Shown here: positions 25,021 through 37,187 of the stretch, piece after piece
Layout of the letters: every line of letters starts with the position of its first letter
How positions within the stretch are numbered: position 1 is the first letter of the stretch
Origin: Lepidodermella squamata
Lineage: Eukaryota > Animalia > Gastrotricha
DNA: 64,000 nucleotides
Assembly: GCA_047495785.1 (NCBI GenBank)
Contig: JBLDXI010000042.1
Span: 186,001-250,000, forward strand
Reading direction: 5' to 3'
Program-made: the position numbers and the translations under genes
The notes under the pieces: model-generated
What the model saw: the letters and a program-made list of their open reading frames with translations, nothing else
What the model was told of the DNA's origin: nothing
Database searches by the model: none

Positions 25021-25254
25021 TTCAAAAATGCGTAATAGCCTAATGATATCAAGATATAAACAGATACTACCAGCTGAGCACGGAATGTTAGGAATAATCA
25101 ATTAGGATGAATCGATATTTCATCCTATTCTCCCTGAGCTGTTATTTCATTAATTAATAAATATGTTATATATTATCATAATATTATTATTAGTATTATA
25201 TTTTTATTATTATTATTAATTATAATATATAATTATTTTATTAATTGATAAACG

Positions 25255-25669
25255 GAGTGTCTGCTCGTACATAGTATGTACGCGAAAATCGCTGCTCGTA
25301 CATATATTTCTCATTGTTTATGTCAAATCAGTCAACTTTTTTATTTTTCGATCGATTGGTCTAGTTTTTTGCAGGCAGATAGCTGACAGTCATATCTACC
25401 TTCCCTGAAAGTGTCAATCTTGTATTCCCGATAAAATAGTCGGAAAAAAAGCAAAAGCAAAACCACTTTTCGGGCCCTCCCATCGGGCAGATGATAGTTG
25501 AGAAAAAGATATTTGACCCACGAATAGGACTCATTACCCCGCATCTACCTGTAAATTTTCATGAAGTTATCAGAAAAAATGACTAGTCTATGCCTTCCAG
25601 AAAAACACCGAAAAACTATGTACGAGCAGCGATTTTCGCGTACATATATATGTACGAGCAGAAGGACTC
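25255..25669. mobile_element. MITE with GAG...CTC termini (possibly Sola-like)
   Basis: tctgctcgtacata..tatgtacgcgaaaatcgctgctcgtacata and its reverse complement at 25618-25669. Confidence 0.65.
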
Positions 25670-25850
25670 ATTAATAAATTAATTGATATTTCATGCCATC
25701 ATTCATCTTCCAAAATTGTAAGCAAATTTCTGGTCAAACCTTCAATTTCGGAATGTCGATGTCTGCCTGTTTTTCTTTCTCACTATTCCTAAATAATAAA
25801 GCTTCATATTGAATTGGTCTTTATTATTTGCATTGTTATTGGCATTGAAG

Positions 25851-26698
25851 CAGTTCCTCGGGATCTCAGATAGTCTAGCTATATCGACAGAGCGATAACG
25901 CTATTTGAGTCGTGGCAAGTGATTCGAGTCCCCTCTTTTTCATCTCTATTTCGAACACTAGTTTCTCTTTGGATTTAAAGTAGCTATTGCCTAATTTGCC
26001 TGGCCCTGCTATGACAGAGAATTACATCCTGTATGCAAAATGTCCCCAGCCAACCGCAACCGCCGAATCGCATCCGTCGATCGAATTCGCTGTGAACGAG
26101 TTGGCTCGGCACATGGCACTAGCGTCGGGTAAACAAATCGGCCTTATCTGCTGCGAGAATGTAGCAACTGGGGTCATCAATCGCAGGAGAGCGAAATCAA
26201 AGTCGTAGAAATTCTGACTTCCGCTGTATTGCGGATGAACCAAAGGCGGCAGGGACACAAGTGATTCGCGAGAGGCTGTCTCAGACTGAACACTGATGTT
26301 ATGCCGCCCTAGCAGCGCTTTCATCCTGCACAGAAAACTTATTAACACCATCTGATAGAGGAATCGCCGAACCACCTACAATATTGGGGTATCGCCTGCA
26401 TTCCAAACGCAATGAGCAGCTGTAATCAGCCATTGCTTCGAGATGAGAGAAGCTCCGCAGTAAGAGGCTGAGGCTTCGCGGCTGTTATAAATCTCAAGAA
26501 AGACCTTAGAAAAACGTGTTTTTCGGTGGCATGAAACATATTAATATCAAGTCAAACCAGCCACGGGTATTCATTTGCTTCAGCTGGGTGACTGCCCGGG
26601 CCTCTTGATTTCGCCGCTGTGGAAGAAATTACAGTACCGCATTCTTGAGCAATGACAACTCCGGAAATCAGCCCAAGGAAAGCGACAGCTTCAAGCAT
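25851..26698 (-). pseudogene. Gene B 5' part: signal peptide and protease exons 1-3, truncated at the start of exon 4
   Basis: MLEAVAFLGLISGVVIAQECGTV...EYPWL; CGASLISKQWLITAAHC; DFALLRL...PICLP; near-identical to 23486-23788 where the two overlap. Confidence 0.8.
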
Positions 26699-27224
26699 TT
26701 CGAAATGTTCGAGCAACTTTGAGCAAAAGCTTGAAAGTTGAAACTTTATGAATGCAATTCATCCCATTTCGTGCTTAACCTAATGTGAAGCTTGCATGCA
26801 AGTGTTTTCTTTCTATTAAGTTTTCTCTTGTGTTTAGTTCTTCGTTTGTAATCATAATAAGACTTGAAAGCGTGATGACTTCGTTGACAGTTTTTTTACT
26901 ATTGGGGAAAAGCTCAGCTAAGATTCAATACAGAGCAATTGAAGAGGCGATGCTGGAAGTGTTGGCTTGAAAGTCTACCAGTTTACAAAGTAGGATCCTC
27001 GAGCCGGGGGACGGAGGAGATCATTATTCATTATTTCAGATATTTGAATTCATGCTTTCGGTAGATGAAATGGCATCGAACATCGCTCGCTTTTTAGTTG
27101 AAATGACATTTTTTATTTTGGCAGAAACAGGAAAAGAAACAATTTTTCTATTCCTAGCAGACTCCGGGATCCAAGATCGCACCCTGAGTGTATTATTAGC
27201 CAATCAGAATAAAGCAGTTCAAAG

Positions 27225-28337
27225 TTAATCAAATTTCAAATATCGAAGCAAGGCAGGCGGTAAAACACCGTTTAATCCGTTATCTATAGCATCGAGACGT
27301 TCCTTACAACCAGTTGGCAGGCGGTTCAGAATCACCATTCTGCACATCGCCTGTAGGTTCATCGGAAAAAGCTGCGATACATGGGGCATCACAATATCCC
27401 GCAATCTAGGGCTTTCAACGCCATCGCTGGTTCGCGGATTGCAATTCTCCGGGTTGAATGACGATGTCATTCTTGCGAAGAGAAGAATTTCAAAAAAGCG
27501 GTCGTCCAGTTGGCTCGGATTCTTGATCCTTTCATAGGCCCATCTTGTCAATATGAGGCTAGTGAAAATCTCATCTTTAGCGCAGCACGCGCACATCATA
27601 CCAGCCTTTACCAGGGTTTCGAAAAACTCAGCCATGATACCGCTTGGGAAAGCAATGAACCGCATCCCGCCTAGATCAAACGATTCTGTGTTGCGGAGAA
27701 ACAAGTATACTATACATAACCACTGTTTGTCCTCGGGGGGATGAGTAGTCTCTAGATGCGCACCGGATTCGATGAGAAAATTTGCAATCTCGTAACAATC
27801 CATGAGGTAGGCAGATTTCAGTGGAGTTGATCTGCCGCTTGGGAGATTCACATTGGCCCCACGAGCTACCAGAAGTTCAACCAACGGCCTCAGCTTTGAG
27901 AACACACACAATTTCAAAGCTGTGCATTGACTTGTTTGATCGATGTAATCAATTTCGGCACCGTGGTCTAGTAATACGCTAACTGTTTTTAAACGGTCTT
28001 CGATACGTCGGCTATCTCGATGTTGTTGTGTTGTACGCAGTGAAACAGTGTCGACTTCAAGCCCTCGGGCATCATATAGATCGCAAGCTGCTGTTAAGCA
28101 CGTGTGATGCGATGTGAGAAGTTGAACATTTGGATAGAATCCTTTAGTTTCCAAGTTGACTGTTCGCGATGATAACAGGTAACTAAGACATTTGTGGCTT
28201 GATGTAGCGCTGACTACCCGAGCGATTTTATCGGCGCCTAGCACTGAAACAGCATTATCGAGGTCAGACGTGAAGAAGGCAAGGTCGTCGTCTTCGCAGG
28301 CCTGGGCAAATTTCGCAACGTTGAAATTGCTGCTCAT
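27225..28337 (-). CDS. Ankyrin repeat and SOCS-box protein, copy 3, intronless
   Basis: Same N-terminus, ANK motifs and SOCS box as 11548-12639. Confidence 0.85.
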   Translation of the reverse strand: MSSNFNVAKFAQACEDDDLAFFTSDLDNAVSVLGADKIARVVSATSSHKCLSYLLSSRTVNLETKGFYPNVQLLTSHHTCLTAACDLYDARGLEVDTVSLRTTQQHRDSRRIEDRLKTVSVLLDHGAEIDYIDQTSQCTALKLCVFSKLRPLVELLVARGANVNLPSGRSTPLKSAYLMDCYEIANFLIESGAHLETTHPPEDKQWLCIVYLFLRNTESFDLGGMRFIAFPSGIMAEFFETLVKAGMMCACCAKDEIFTSLILTRWAYERIKNPSQLDDRFFEILLFARMTSSFNPENCNPRTSDGVESPRLRDIVMPHVSQLFPMNLQAMCRMVILNRLPTGCKERLDAIDNGLNGVLPPALLRYLKFD

Positions 28338-28497
28338 TTCAAAAGTGCGTAATAGCCTAATGATATGAAGATATAAAAAGAGGAAAAACTCGGAAAATCG
28401 AAATAAATATTTACCCTACAAATTGCATATCGTCGAATGGAGAGATTTCCAACCGCGGATAATTTTTTCAAACATTTCAAAAAATTACCGGACGAGT

Positions 28498-28612
28498 CAA
28501 CCGTGGCAGAACAGTGGCAATTTTGCCCAAAAAACACCAAATATAGCGATTTTTGGCCAATTTTAGAAAAATTATCTCGAAATGTTCCGATTTTTGCCCA
28601 CTGGGCCACGCT
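28498..28612. repeat. Short MITE-like repeat; a related copy in reverse orientation lies at about 63920-64000
   Basis: caaccgtggcagaa..gcaattttg.ccaaaaa.cacc.aatatagc shared; internal inverted ends. Confidence 0.55.
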
Positions 28613-29687
28613 CAGTGGCAGACACAAAAAATATACCTTATTAAAACCGTTGAGAAAAGGGGTAGGGGTAAGTATATTTAATCGGCGTAAACTATCAAAC
28701 CTTATGAAGCCAGCCAGGTTCAGGGATTGAGTTTAAAATTCGCAATTTTCGTGCTTTTTCATCAAACGTTTTGCTCTTTGCCCGCTTCGCTCGCAAATAT
28801 CCAGTTTCCTTTTGTTTTACATTTCTCAAGCTGAAATTCCCCATTCTCTTCCGACCCAATTATCAATGATATGGAATCTGGAATCTGCCTGGAAGGAAGT
28901 TTGAAGGAGACCTACAATGCTGTCCTATTTAGAGAAAAACCAGCTACGAAAAATGCTCATTTTCGCATTATTAGGGGCGGATCACAGAAAAAATAGGCTA
29001 GCTTCGCTCGCATCCTAAACCTTACTGTTATATTTTTTTGTTTCCCTGATATAATGATAATGTAGAAGATCTTACTCCCCTAGAACAGCATCGAATACTT
29101 TAGGCTTAAAGCTTTAAAAAATAACATAATCTGTGGTTTTTTATTAGAGTATTAACTAGTTTTTGCGAACTTCGAACCAATGAAAAGCAGCTTGGCGAAA
29201 AAATTTGAGAAATTTTAAATTGGCGTACGCTTTTTTGCAATTTCTTTCAAGTGGCAGACACTTTCGCGACACGAAAAAAAATCGGAGGACTGCTCTGAGG
29301 GACCACAAAGTTTACCTGGTATCATTAGATAGAGGGCTGTTTCTAGTATTCATGAGCAGTAAATCAAAATTTGCGAAAGAGTTACGTGTAACTTTTTCAG
29401 TTTTTTAAATAAATTTAAATTATAATGGGCAGATAGGGCGTTAGGTGGCATACAAGTGCTCGCGTGCCGTTCTCTTTGCAAATTCAGCTCGAATAAATTC
29501 TCGGTCAAACCTTCAATTTCGGGATGTCAGCCTGTCATTCTTACTCACAATTTGTAAATTATTAAGCAAATCTAAAATGAAGCAGTCGATTGATTATGAA
29601 CATATCGCATGCCTGATTTTAAGTATTGTGTGTATTGATTTTAAAAAAGCCAGGTCGTAGTCAACAAGCAATATTTATTCAATTCAC

Positions 29688-30896
29688 CTACGAGCTTTTC
29701 GCTTTTTCGATCATTTCCTCTGAGATTTTCCACAGCCGCTCAGCCTTCACGTCATCACGCGCAATCGCGGCTAAACAGCCTTGAACCACCTGAGAATCAC
29801 TGAAGAAACAACCGCTGTACATTTCGTCGATCTCCGGCTCACACGCGCAGTAGATCGTTGTTTTGGCGCCGTTTTGAGGTGTCATGGCAAAGCATCGCTG
29901 AACTGGCTCGAAGAATGCCAGGAAAGTACTCGATTGATTACGTTGAGCAATCGTGGTACGGACGAAGCCCGGATGCAGCGAGAACACTGCAATGCCGCTG
30001 GGTTGGCTTGAATTACCAGGGGTCGATCCGTTCAGCTCGAAATGCAGCCTTCGAGCATGCAGGATATTCGCCAGTTTCGACTGGCTATCTACATAAACAT
30101 TTTTCATAAATAAAATATTTTGCAAGTAACAATAAAATAAAAATAAATTTAAAATTGATTAACTGAATGATTTATTATGAAATTTATATAAATTTATTTT
30201 TCGAAAATAAAGTGAATTTCATTGAAAAATTCTAGAAAATTGAAAAAATTCGAAATTTTTCAGATTTAAATACTTACAAGCTCTCATCCCGCCATACTTT
30301 CCCGGCTGTTCCGAGTTCAAATCGTCGATATCGAGCCCACCAGGCCAGGTAAACATGTGAGCTTGCGATGCCACATTCACGATCCGACCCGGTTTGGACT
30401 TCTTGATAAGAGGTAGCAGCAAATTTGTCAGTAAAAAATGGCCCAAATGATTCGTTCCAAAGGTCAGTTCAAATCCATCTTTTGTAAAATACCGCTGATC
30501 GTTGCCAGCATGAACGCCAGCGTTGTTAATCAAAACGTTGAGAATCGGTTCGGTTTCGAGAATTTTCTTCGCGCACTGGCGGACAGAATTCAGGGAAGAC
30601 AAATCCAACTCAATTGTTGTAACTACACAGGTCGATGCGTATTGGCTAGATTCTTTGGCCAGTGCTTCCTTGATGTTTTTCGCCGCTTCCTGAGCTGATT
30701 GAGTGTTTCGACAGGCCAAAATCACCTTACTAGCTCCTCGCCTTGCTAGCTCGAGAGCTGTTTCATACCCTATACCTGTATTTGATCCTGAAAAATAAAG
30801 AAAAATTGTCGGTGAAAATTGGGAAATTTCGAAAAATTTACCAGTAATCAGGCAGACCTTTCCTTTGATGTCCCACTTTGTAGCAGTGGCAGCCAT
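29688..30896 (-). CDS. Short-chain dehydrogenase/reductase, RDH11-14/WWOX-like (3 exons)
   Basis: ITG|SNTGIG, NNAG, TNHLGHFLLT; YSQSK catalytic motif formed across an intron; LHPGFV. Confidence 0.9.
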
Positions 30897-31687
30897 TTTT
30901 AAAACTGCTCTAAAAATCGGGAAAAGTGATACTGTCCGGCAAGACAAATAGCATAATGATAAGGAGGGCATTTTTTTCTCTAGTAGGCTGTGGGCTGCAT
31001 CATTTCAGATAAAAACTACGTCAGTACTACAGTACTATAGCATGAGCCTATAGCGTGTAGCTTATATAGGAAAATCTACTATAGTACTATAGTCCTATTG
31101 ACCGCATGCACACTCTCGCATACAACATGCATAGTATCTATTGTAAAACTCATTTAAATAAGCCGGGAAAAAGCTCTGCGCGGTTTTTAACAACTCTGAT
31201 TCTCAGAAATTCAGTTGCATGAGGATTTCTTTCAGATTAAGCCAAAAAGTTGTTTTACGTTAGGCTGTTTATTCTCTTTTTGAGAAAGTCACATTTAATA
31301 TTCTACCTATGAAAATGGAAAAATTCCGACAGAAAACAAGAGTCATTTTGCAAAAAGGCCAATATATGTTGTGACTACAATAGACTAAATGGGCTTCTGA
31401 ATTTCATGCAAGAAGTCAATAGAACCAAATCGTTCAGATGATTGTTAATCTAAAAGAATCTGAAAATTGTAATCAATAAAGTTGTTTTTCAGACGCATCG
31501 ATCTCATGGCGCGTGGCGAAACAATTCATTGACAACAACTTGTTTTTATTGGAAGAATCCACATTTCATTTGAAAAATTGAAAAATTGTTTAATAGAATT
31601 GTTTAAGAAATTTTCTGTGACATTGGCTATCTTTTCTAAATGTAATGCATCGCAAACATTGTTGGTCATGTTTTCTAGGTCATCATT

Positions 31688-33382
31688 ATGGATTGTTACG
31701 ACAGCAATTGGTCACTTGATGGCAAAACAATACTCATAACAGGGGCAACATCTGGCATAGGCCTAGAAACTACGCTGGAACTCGCCTGCAACACTACAGC
31801 AAACAAAGGTACGCCAAAGCGGATAATCCTCGCCTGCCGTAACTTGGAGGCGGCTCAAAAACTTGCCGAACAAGTTAAAGAGAAACAGCCACTGATCGCT
31901 GTTGATTGCTACGAACTTCAGTTATCTTCATTGGCTTCGGTGAAAAAAGCTGCCGAATCGATTATTCAAGGCGAAAATGCCCAACTTCACGTTTTGATTG
32001 CAAATGCTGGGACGTACGCCCCGGACGCAAAACTAATCACGGAGGAAGGTTTCGAGTCGACTTTTGCAACGAATCACCTTGGCCATAGCTTGCTGATTCG
32101 GCTCTTGCTGCCTTTGATGAAAACATCGATTGGGCAAGATGGCGGTCGGATAATTTTACTGTCATCTGAGGGTTATAAATTTGTTTGGTCCACGCCGAGG
32201 TTCCACGCGTATCTCGACGATTTCAACTACGAGAAAACACCCTATGAAGCTGGTCTAGCTTACGCCTTCACTAAAATGTGCAATCTGTTGTACGCAAAGG
32301 CCTTAGGGGAACGGTTGAGTCGAAATGGGGATACGGAGAAAATTACTGCGGTCTCGGTTCATCCGGGTTTGGTGAGCACGGATCTTTTCCGACATCGCTC
32401 GTGGCTGTTTCAGATGATTCTGAGGCCGATTGAATGGCTGCTCTTCATCACGCCGCATCAAGGTGCTCTAACAACGCTACACTGTGCTCGCGAGCCAGGA
32501 TTGTCCCAATTGAATGGGAAATACTTCAAGTAAGAATGCTTTACTCTCACTTCGACAACGCCGATTTTTTAAATTCAGGAATTTGCTTGATTTTAAGTTA
32601 TGTACGTGAAAATTTCGCAAAATTCATCAAAAGGCTCAACGAATTTTGTTTTATATTTTTTGGAAATTTCCGTACTTCAAAAATAACAGCACCTTTCCTC
32701 GAAAAACTCAAAAACTTAGTCATCGAGCTTTGCTAATGTGTAAAGCCTAAGTTTAGGGGGTACGAGAGTTACCCTACCCAGTCGAGAGGGCAAGACGAGA
32801 AAATTCTTCGCTGCAAATATTCGAGACCAAAAATACCTAATTGGTCTTCAGTTCACGTAGCCCCACTTCAAGTAAACCCGGAAAAACCGTGATCTGAAAA
32901 TTCCCTAACTTGCCTCCCTGGACCCTATAGCTCCATGATCCTACTTCGCCCATGTGTCCTACTTCGCAAGGTTTTGGCAATTCGCCCAAGCTTAACGTCA
33001 TCACGTCTAGGCTTTAAATGATAATATCAAGGTCGCCACAGCTAATGTGGCGAGTGACGGCCATGATGTCCTCATTCCAAAGCTGTCCGATGTGAAGCTT
33101 GAACCTTTCGAACGTAAACATGTCCTAGTGACGATATTTTTCCATGTCATTCTCCATTACGGCATCATTAAATCATTATATCATCTGATATCGATTTTAC
33201 CCCCCACCCCACCCCATGTTCCTTAACTAAGGAAAATGTATGGCTTCATCGTTTTATACAGAAACAGCGGAGTAGCCGAACCCTGGCAAATCGCAAAGGA
33301 CAACTCGTCAGCGGAACGACTTTGGACTTTAACCGAGCAACTTCTCCACGAAAAAGGCCTAATTCAGGCGAAAATTGATTGA
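31688..33382 (+). CDS. Short-chain dehydrogenase/reductase, RDH12/13-like (exons 31688-32529 and 33262-33382)
   Basis: TGATSGIG, ANAG, TNHLGH, YAFTK, VHPGLV; last exon AERLWTLTEQLL. Confidence 0.9.
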
Positions 33383-33633
33383 AACTAATTGACTGTGACT
33401 TGAAAATGCGCCACAACAGTACAATTTGATTACTCCATTGCCGATGAATTTAACGTTGAATAAAGAATTCACATGTGTTAGTCATATAGGAAGTGTGCAA
33501 TTACATATCAGTGACACGTGCATCGTGACTAATGTCAAACAAAAACGATGGCCACCCCTACTTCCGACTGAATGTAAAATCAATGAATGCTTTCATCATT
33601 TTTTAAAGACGACTCAGTTACTGTGCGTGAAAA

Positions 33634-34932
33634 ATGTTCAGGAGGAAAACCTCAGATCGAGATGGCAAAATGTTGATACGCGAGCAGTTGAGGCGAGGCT
33701 CATCAACAGGCCCAGTCAACCGGCACAGCCACCACCACCGCAACCGGGTCGCTGGTCGCAACTTCAAGAACCTCGCCTACAGCATGGAATCTCTATTCTG
33801 CAAAACTCAATCTTTCATTTCAAACACGGTAGCAACTGGCGGGAAAACTAACGACGCCTTATGGAACGTCCACGGCAAAACTTGTATAGTCACAGGCGGA
33901 ACTTCAGGGATTGGACTTCAAACCGCCTTGGGGCTGCTGAAACGCGGGGCGAGGGTCATTCTTGGCTGCAGAAACGGCCAGGCTGCTGAGGAGGCGATGA
34001 TCTACCTCAGGCGATACGCTGGGATCAAATCGCCGGAAATAGCCGCGAAGGTCCTATCCTGGTCCCATCTGGACCTAGCCAGTCTCTCATCAGTCCACCG
34101 ATTCGCCGAGGAAATTTTGTCCCACGAGCAACAGGTCCATGTTTTGGTCAACAACGCGGCTGTAATCACTACGAAACCCCGCCAGGTCCGTTTGGAGGGG
34201 AATTTAGAGCTGACCCTAGCTACAAACCACCTTGGGCCGTTTCTTTTAACGAATCTACTCCTCCCGTTGCTAAGGGCGAGTTCACCGAGTCGAATTATAG
34301 TCGTAACGTCCGAGAGCTACAAACAATGCCGGAAAATGTTCCATGGTCAAGGGTTGAATTTGCCGGACTTGGGCTATGACTACAACCCGAAATCGTTCGA
34401 CCCGTGGCACGCGTATTGCCAGACCAAACTAATGAATATTCTGTTCACTCGAACCCTGAATTGGCAGTTGAATGGCGGTGGGGCGAGTGGAGTTTCGGTT
34501 TTCGCCGTGAATCCTGGCCTTTGTTCCACGGATCTTTTCCGGAACCAGCCCAAGACCCTAGCGCATGCTTTCCTCGCGAAATTCGGCCGGACAGCTCGAG
34601 AGGGGGCTGAGTGTAGCATCTACTGCGCTGCTCAGCCTGGGTTACAGGAATTTTCTGGTCGATACTTCAGTAAATGTCGGATAAAGCAGCTGGAGAGTAT
34701 GGCGATGGACGATAGTCTAGCTGCGAAGTTGTGGTCCGCCTCTGAGCGGCTAACTGGCTTGCGGGCTATGATGAGTAATCGATCGTCGACGGGCACTGAA
34801 GGGTTCTACAGCTGCCAGGACTTCAGGCTGAAGCATACGTTCAGTGAGGTGCCTCAAAACAGCCCGAAGCAAGTCGACCACAAACGAGTCGATATTCAGC
34901 ATTCGTTGACAGATTTTGAAATGGCTTTATGA
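33634..34932 (+). CDS. Short-chain dehydrogenase/reductase, RDH12/13-like, intronless, with N- and C-terminal extensions
   Basis: TGGTSGIG, NNAA, TNHLGPF, YCQTK, VNPGL, KLWSASERL. Confidence 0.9.
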   Translation: MFRRKTSDRDGKMLIREQLRRGSSTGPVNRHSHHHRNRVAGRNFKNLAYSMESLFCKTQSFISNTVATGGKTNDALWNVHGKTCIVTGGTSGIGLQTALGLLKRGARVILGCRNGQAAEEAMIYLRRYAGIKSPEIAAKVLSWSHLDLASLSSVHRFAEEILSHEQQVHVLVNNAAVITTKPRQVRLEGNLELTLATNHLGPFLLTNLLLPLLRASSPSRIIVVTSESYKQCRKMFHGQGLNLPDLGYDYNPKSFDPWHAYCQTKLMNILFTRTLNWQLNGGGASGVSVFAVNPGLCSTDLFRNQPKTLAHAFLAKFGRTAREGAECSIYCAAQPGLQEFSGRYFSKCRIKQLESMAMDDSLAAKLWSASERLTGLRAMMSNRSSTGTEGFYSCQDFRLKHTFSEVPQNSPKQVDHKRVDIQHSLTDFEMAL

Positions 34933-36125
34933 TGATGTTCACTTTGACTGTTGTAAGTTAGAAGCTAGAAGTAATGCTACAAAGACGCAAACGTGTTGTT
35001 CTAGTATGCTTTGGGCCCTAGGAGCTTGGCTAATAAATTTTTCAATTTCTATACCACAATTCTCAATGGGTATACATTGAATAACTTTGACAAATCAATT
35101 TCGGATGTTGTTGATCGGCATCAGTTGGATTTTAGAGAAAAGAAAATGTTAACCTTGAAAACTATGCTGTTGAGATTCCATGAACTTATGCAGCATATTT
35201 CGATGAATTTTCTAGGGTCTAAGGGCTGGTTGCATTTCCTCTGCACTTTTCCTATCATCGGAGCTTGATCGAATGGTTTGAATGAGAAAAACCGTCAGAC
35301 CTCGAAGATAAGGATGTGAAAACTAAGGATGTGGACTGGCATTTTCTCCGAGCTTGCCGAGATCAAGGTCAAAATGTTCCTGATTGGTTTTTCGATCTCG
35401 ATTCAAAATGTTAGCGGATTATCTTGAAAAATTGCAACATTCTAGTCGACTACAGTTATTATAACCTTCCAACTTCCTCAGTTCAAAAGTTGCCCTCACC
35501 CGTTCTCGAAGAATAGGCCTTAGAGAATTTCTTTGCGGTTAAATACATTCAAAATATGCGAGAATTCCTATATCTATAATTAGTTTCGACTGCGATAGAT
35601 TTCATTAAAAAAAGCCAACTTTGCAAACTCGAGCCATTGTAAATTTAATTTCTAACGACGTTTTGGGTACAAACTATCTTCAGGCTGAACAATCTCAGAC
35701 ACGTTAAAATATCCGAATTAAATTAAAATAGAAAATCTTCAAATAGAAAAAGACCCTAAAATTGCTTTCATCTATTTGACTGATAGAAAAAACACTGCAA
35801 CAACATCAGCTGTTTTACTGATAGAACAGGTTCCTATCGCCCATTAACAAACAAAATTCTCAGTATGAAGCCTATCAAAACAATAGCGGTTTACATCATT
35901 TTCTTCCAATCTGTTGAATTGTGAAACTCTCTCAAATCTCAAAACAAAAATACCCTTCAAATACAAAAATATTCCGTTTATTTCGATTATATCATATTTA
36001 ACTCATAGGCAGCAATCTACAATGTCCTCCTATGCGAGTGATACAAATATCCAATCGACTTCTGGGTCAGATGCCATGCAACTCATGCCACTGAAATGTG
36101 TGTTCAAAGCAATATAAACATGAGG

Positions 36126-37187
36126 CTAAATTTGGGTGACGGATTTTTTAAACGCGAAAATATCCGGCTTGAAAAGGAAGCGCGGTACACAGCTGAGCAC
36201 GCTGCACACTAGAACAATCAGTGAAGCCGAGGCGAAAACGACGATGGCACTTCCTGAGGCGGGGCATTTCACAGATCTACAAGCTTTGTAAGCCGACACG
36301 ACGTCTAGCACTAGCACAATCGAAAAAATTAGACTCCCGATAGCAATAGCAGCCCAGAGGCGGAGAGATCTTGAATGTAAGATGCGAAGTCGCAAATCGG
36401 AGAAGATTGTAACGTTGTAGGGCACCTGGCAAGATTCGCATTGAATTTTACCCCATTCGCCCTTTGAGGCTGTCTCAAGGCGTTGACGGAGCAGTTCGTC
36501 GAGGCAAGATTGGTGAACCACGCCGAGACATCCGCAAATTTTACGGTAGAGAGGGTCCGCCGTATCGCCACTTCGGCACAATCGGCACATGCTCAGATCA
36601 CGAGTTTTACGGTCAGTGAACGAATCGACCCTAGGGTGGTATTTGAACATCTTCCGGCCGTAGATGCAAGCATAGCCGGCTAGACAGGCAGAGCCGAGGA
36701 AAATAATAGCTACAGCGATCGTGACCAAAATCACGAGAGGTAGAAACAGGCAATATCCGCCTTTTGTTACGTAATAACAAGAAATTGAGTAATTTATCGT
36801 GGCTAGCTGGATTATGCAAGAAATCAGGAATAGGAGAGTCGCGAGAAGGACCCCGCTGTTGAAGCGAAACCATGTATTAGCCAGCCAGTGGCTTTTCAAC
36901 CAAGATTGAAAGGTGAAAGTGAATGTGCAGTTGTAGTGCCGGCTGCATTTGTCGCAGATGATGTCTCCGTGGCTGTCCCGCGGCAGTTTTTCGAGATTAT
37001 CTCGTAGATACTGGTCGAAGCATCGCGAGTGGACGAAGCTATCGTTGACTTCGCATGAGCAGAGATTGCCGTGTAACGGTGCGGTACGTTTGATGGATTT
37101 TCCGAACAAATTACAGGCGTCGTACTCAAAAGGCCCACGATCGCAAAATCGACATTTTGGCGGACACGCTTTTTCAGGAGATGACAT
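36126..37187 (-). CDS. MARCH-like membrane E3 ligase with two tandem RINGv(C4HC3)-TM-TM modules
   Basis: CRFC..CSC..VHSRC..CDKC + 2 TM, then CRLC..CGC..VHQSC..CESC + 2 TM. Confidence 0.75.
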   Translation of the reverse strand: MSSPEKACPPKCRFCDRGPFEYDACNLFGKSIKRTAPLHGNLCSCEVNDSFVHSRCFDQYLRDNLEKLPRDSHGDIICDKCSRHYNCTFTFTFQSWLKSHWLANTWFRFNSGVLLATLLFLISCIIQLATINYSISCYYVTKGGYCLFLPLVILVTIAVAIIFLGSACLAGYACIYGRKMFKYHPRVDSFTDRKTRDLSMCRLCRSGDTADPLYRKICGCLGVVHQSCLDELLRQRLETASKGEWGKIQCESCQVPYNVTIFSDLRLRILHSRSLRLWAAIAIGSLIFSIVLVLDVVSAYKACRSVKCPASGSAIVVFASASLIVLVCSVLSCVPRFLFKPDIFAFKKSVTQI

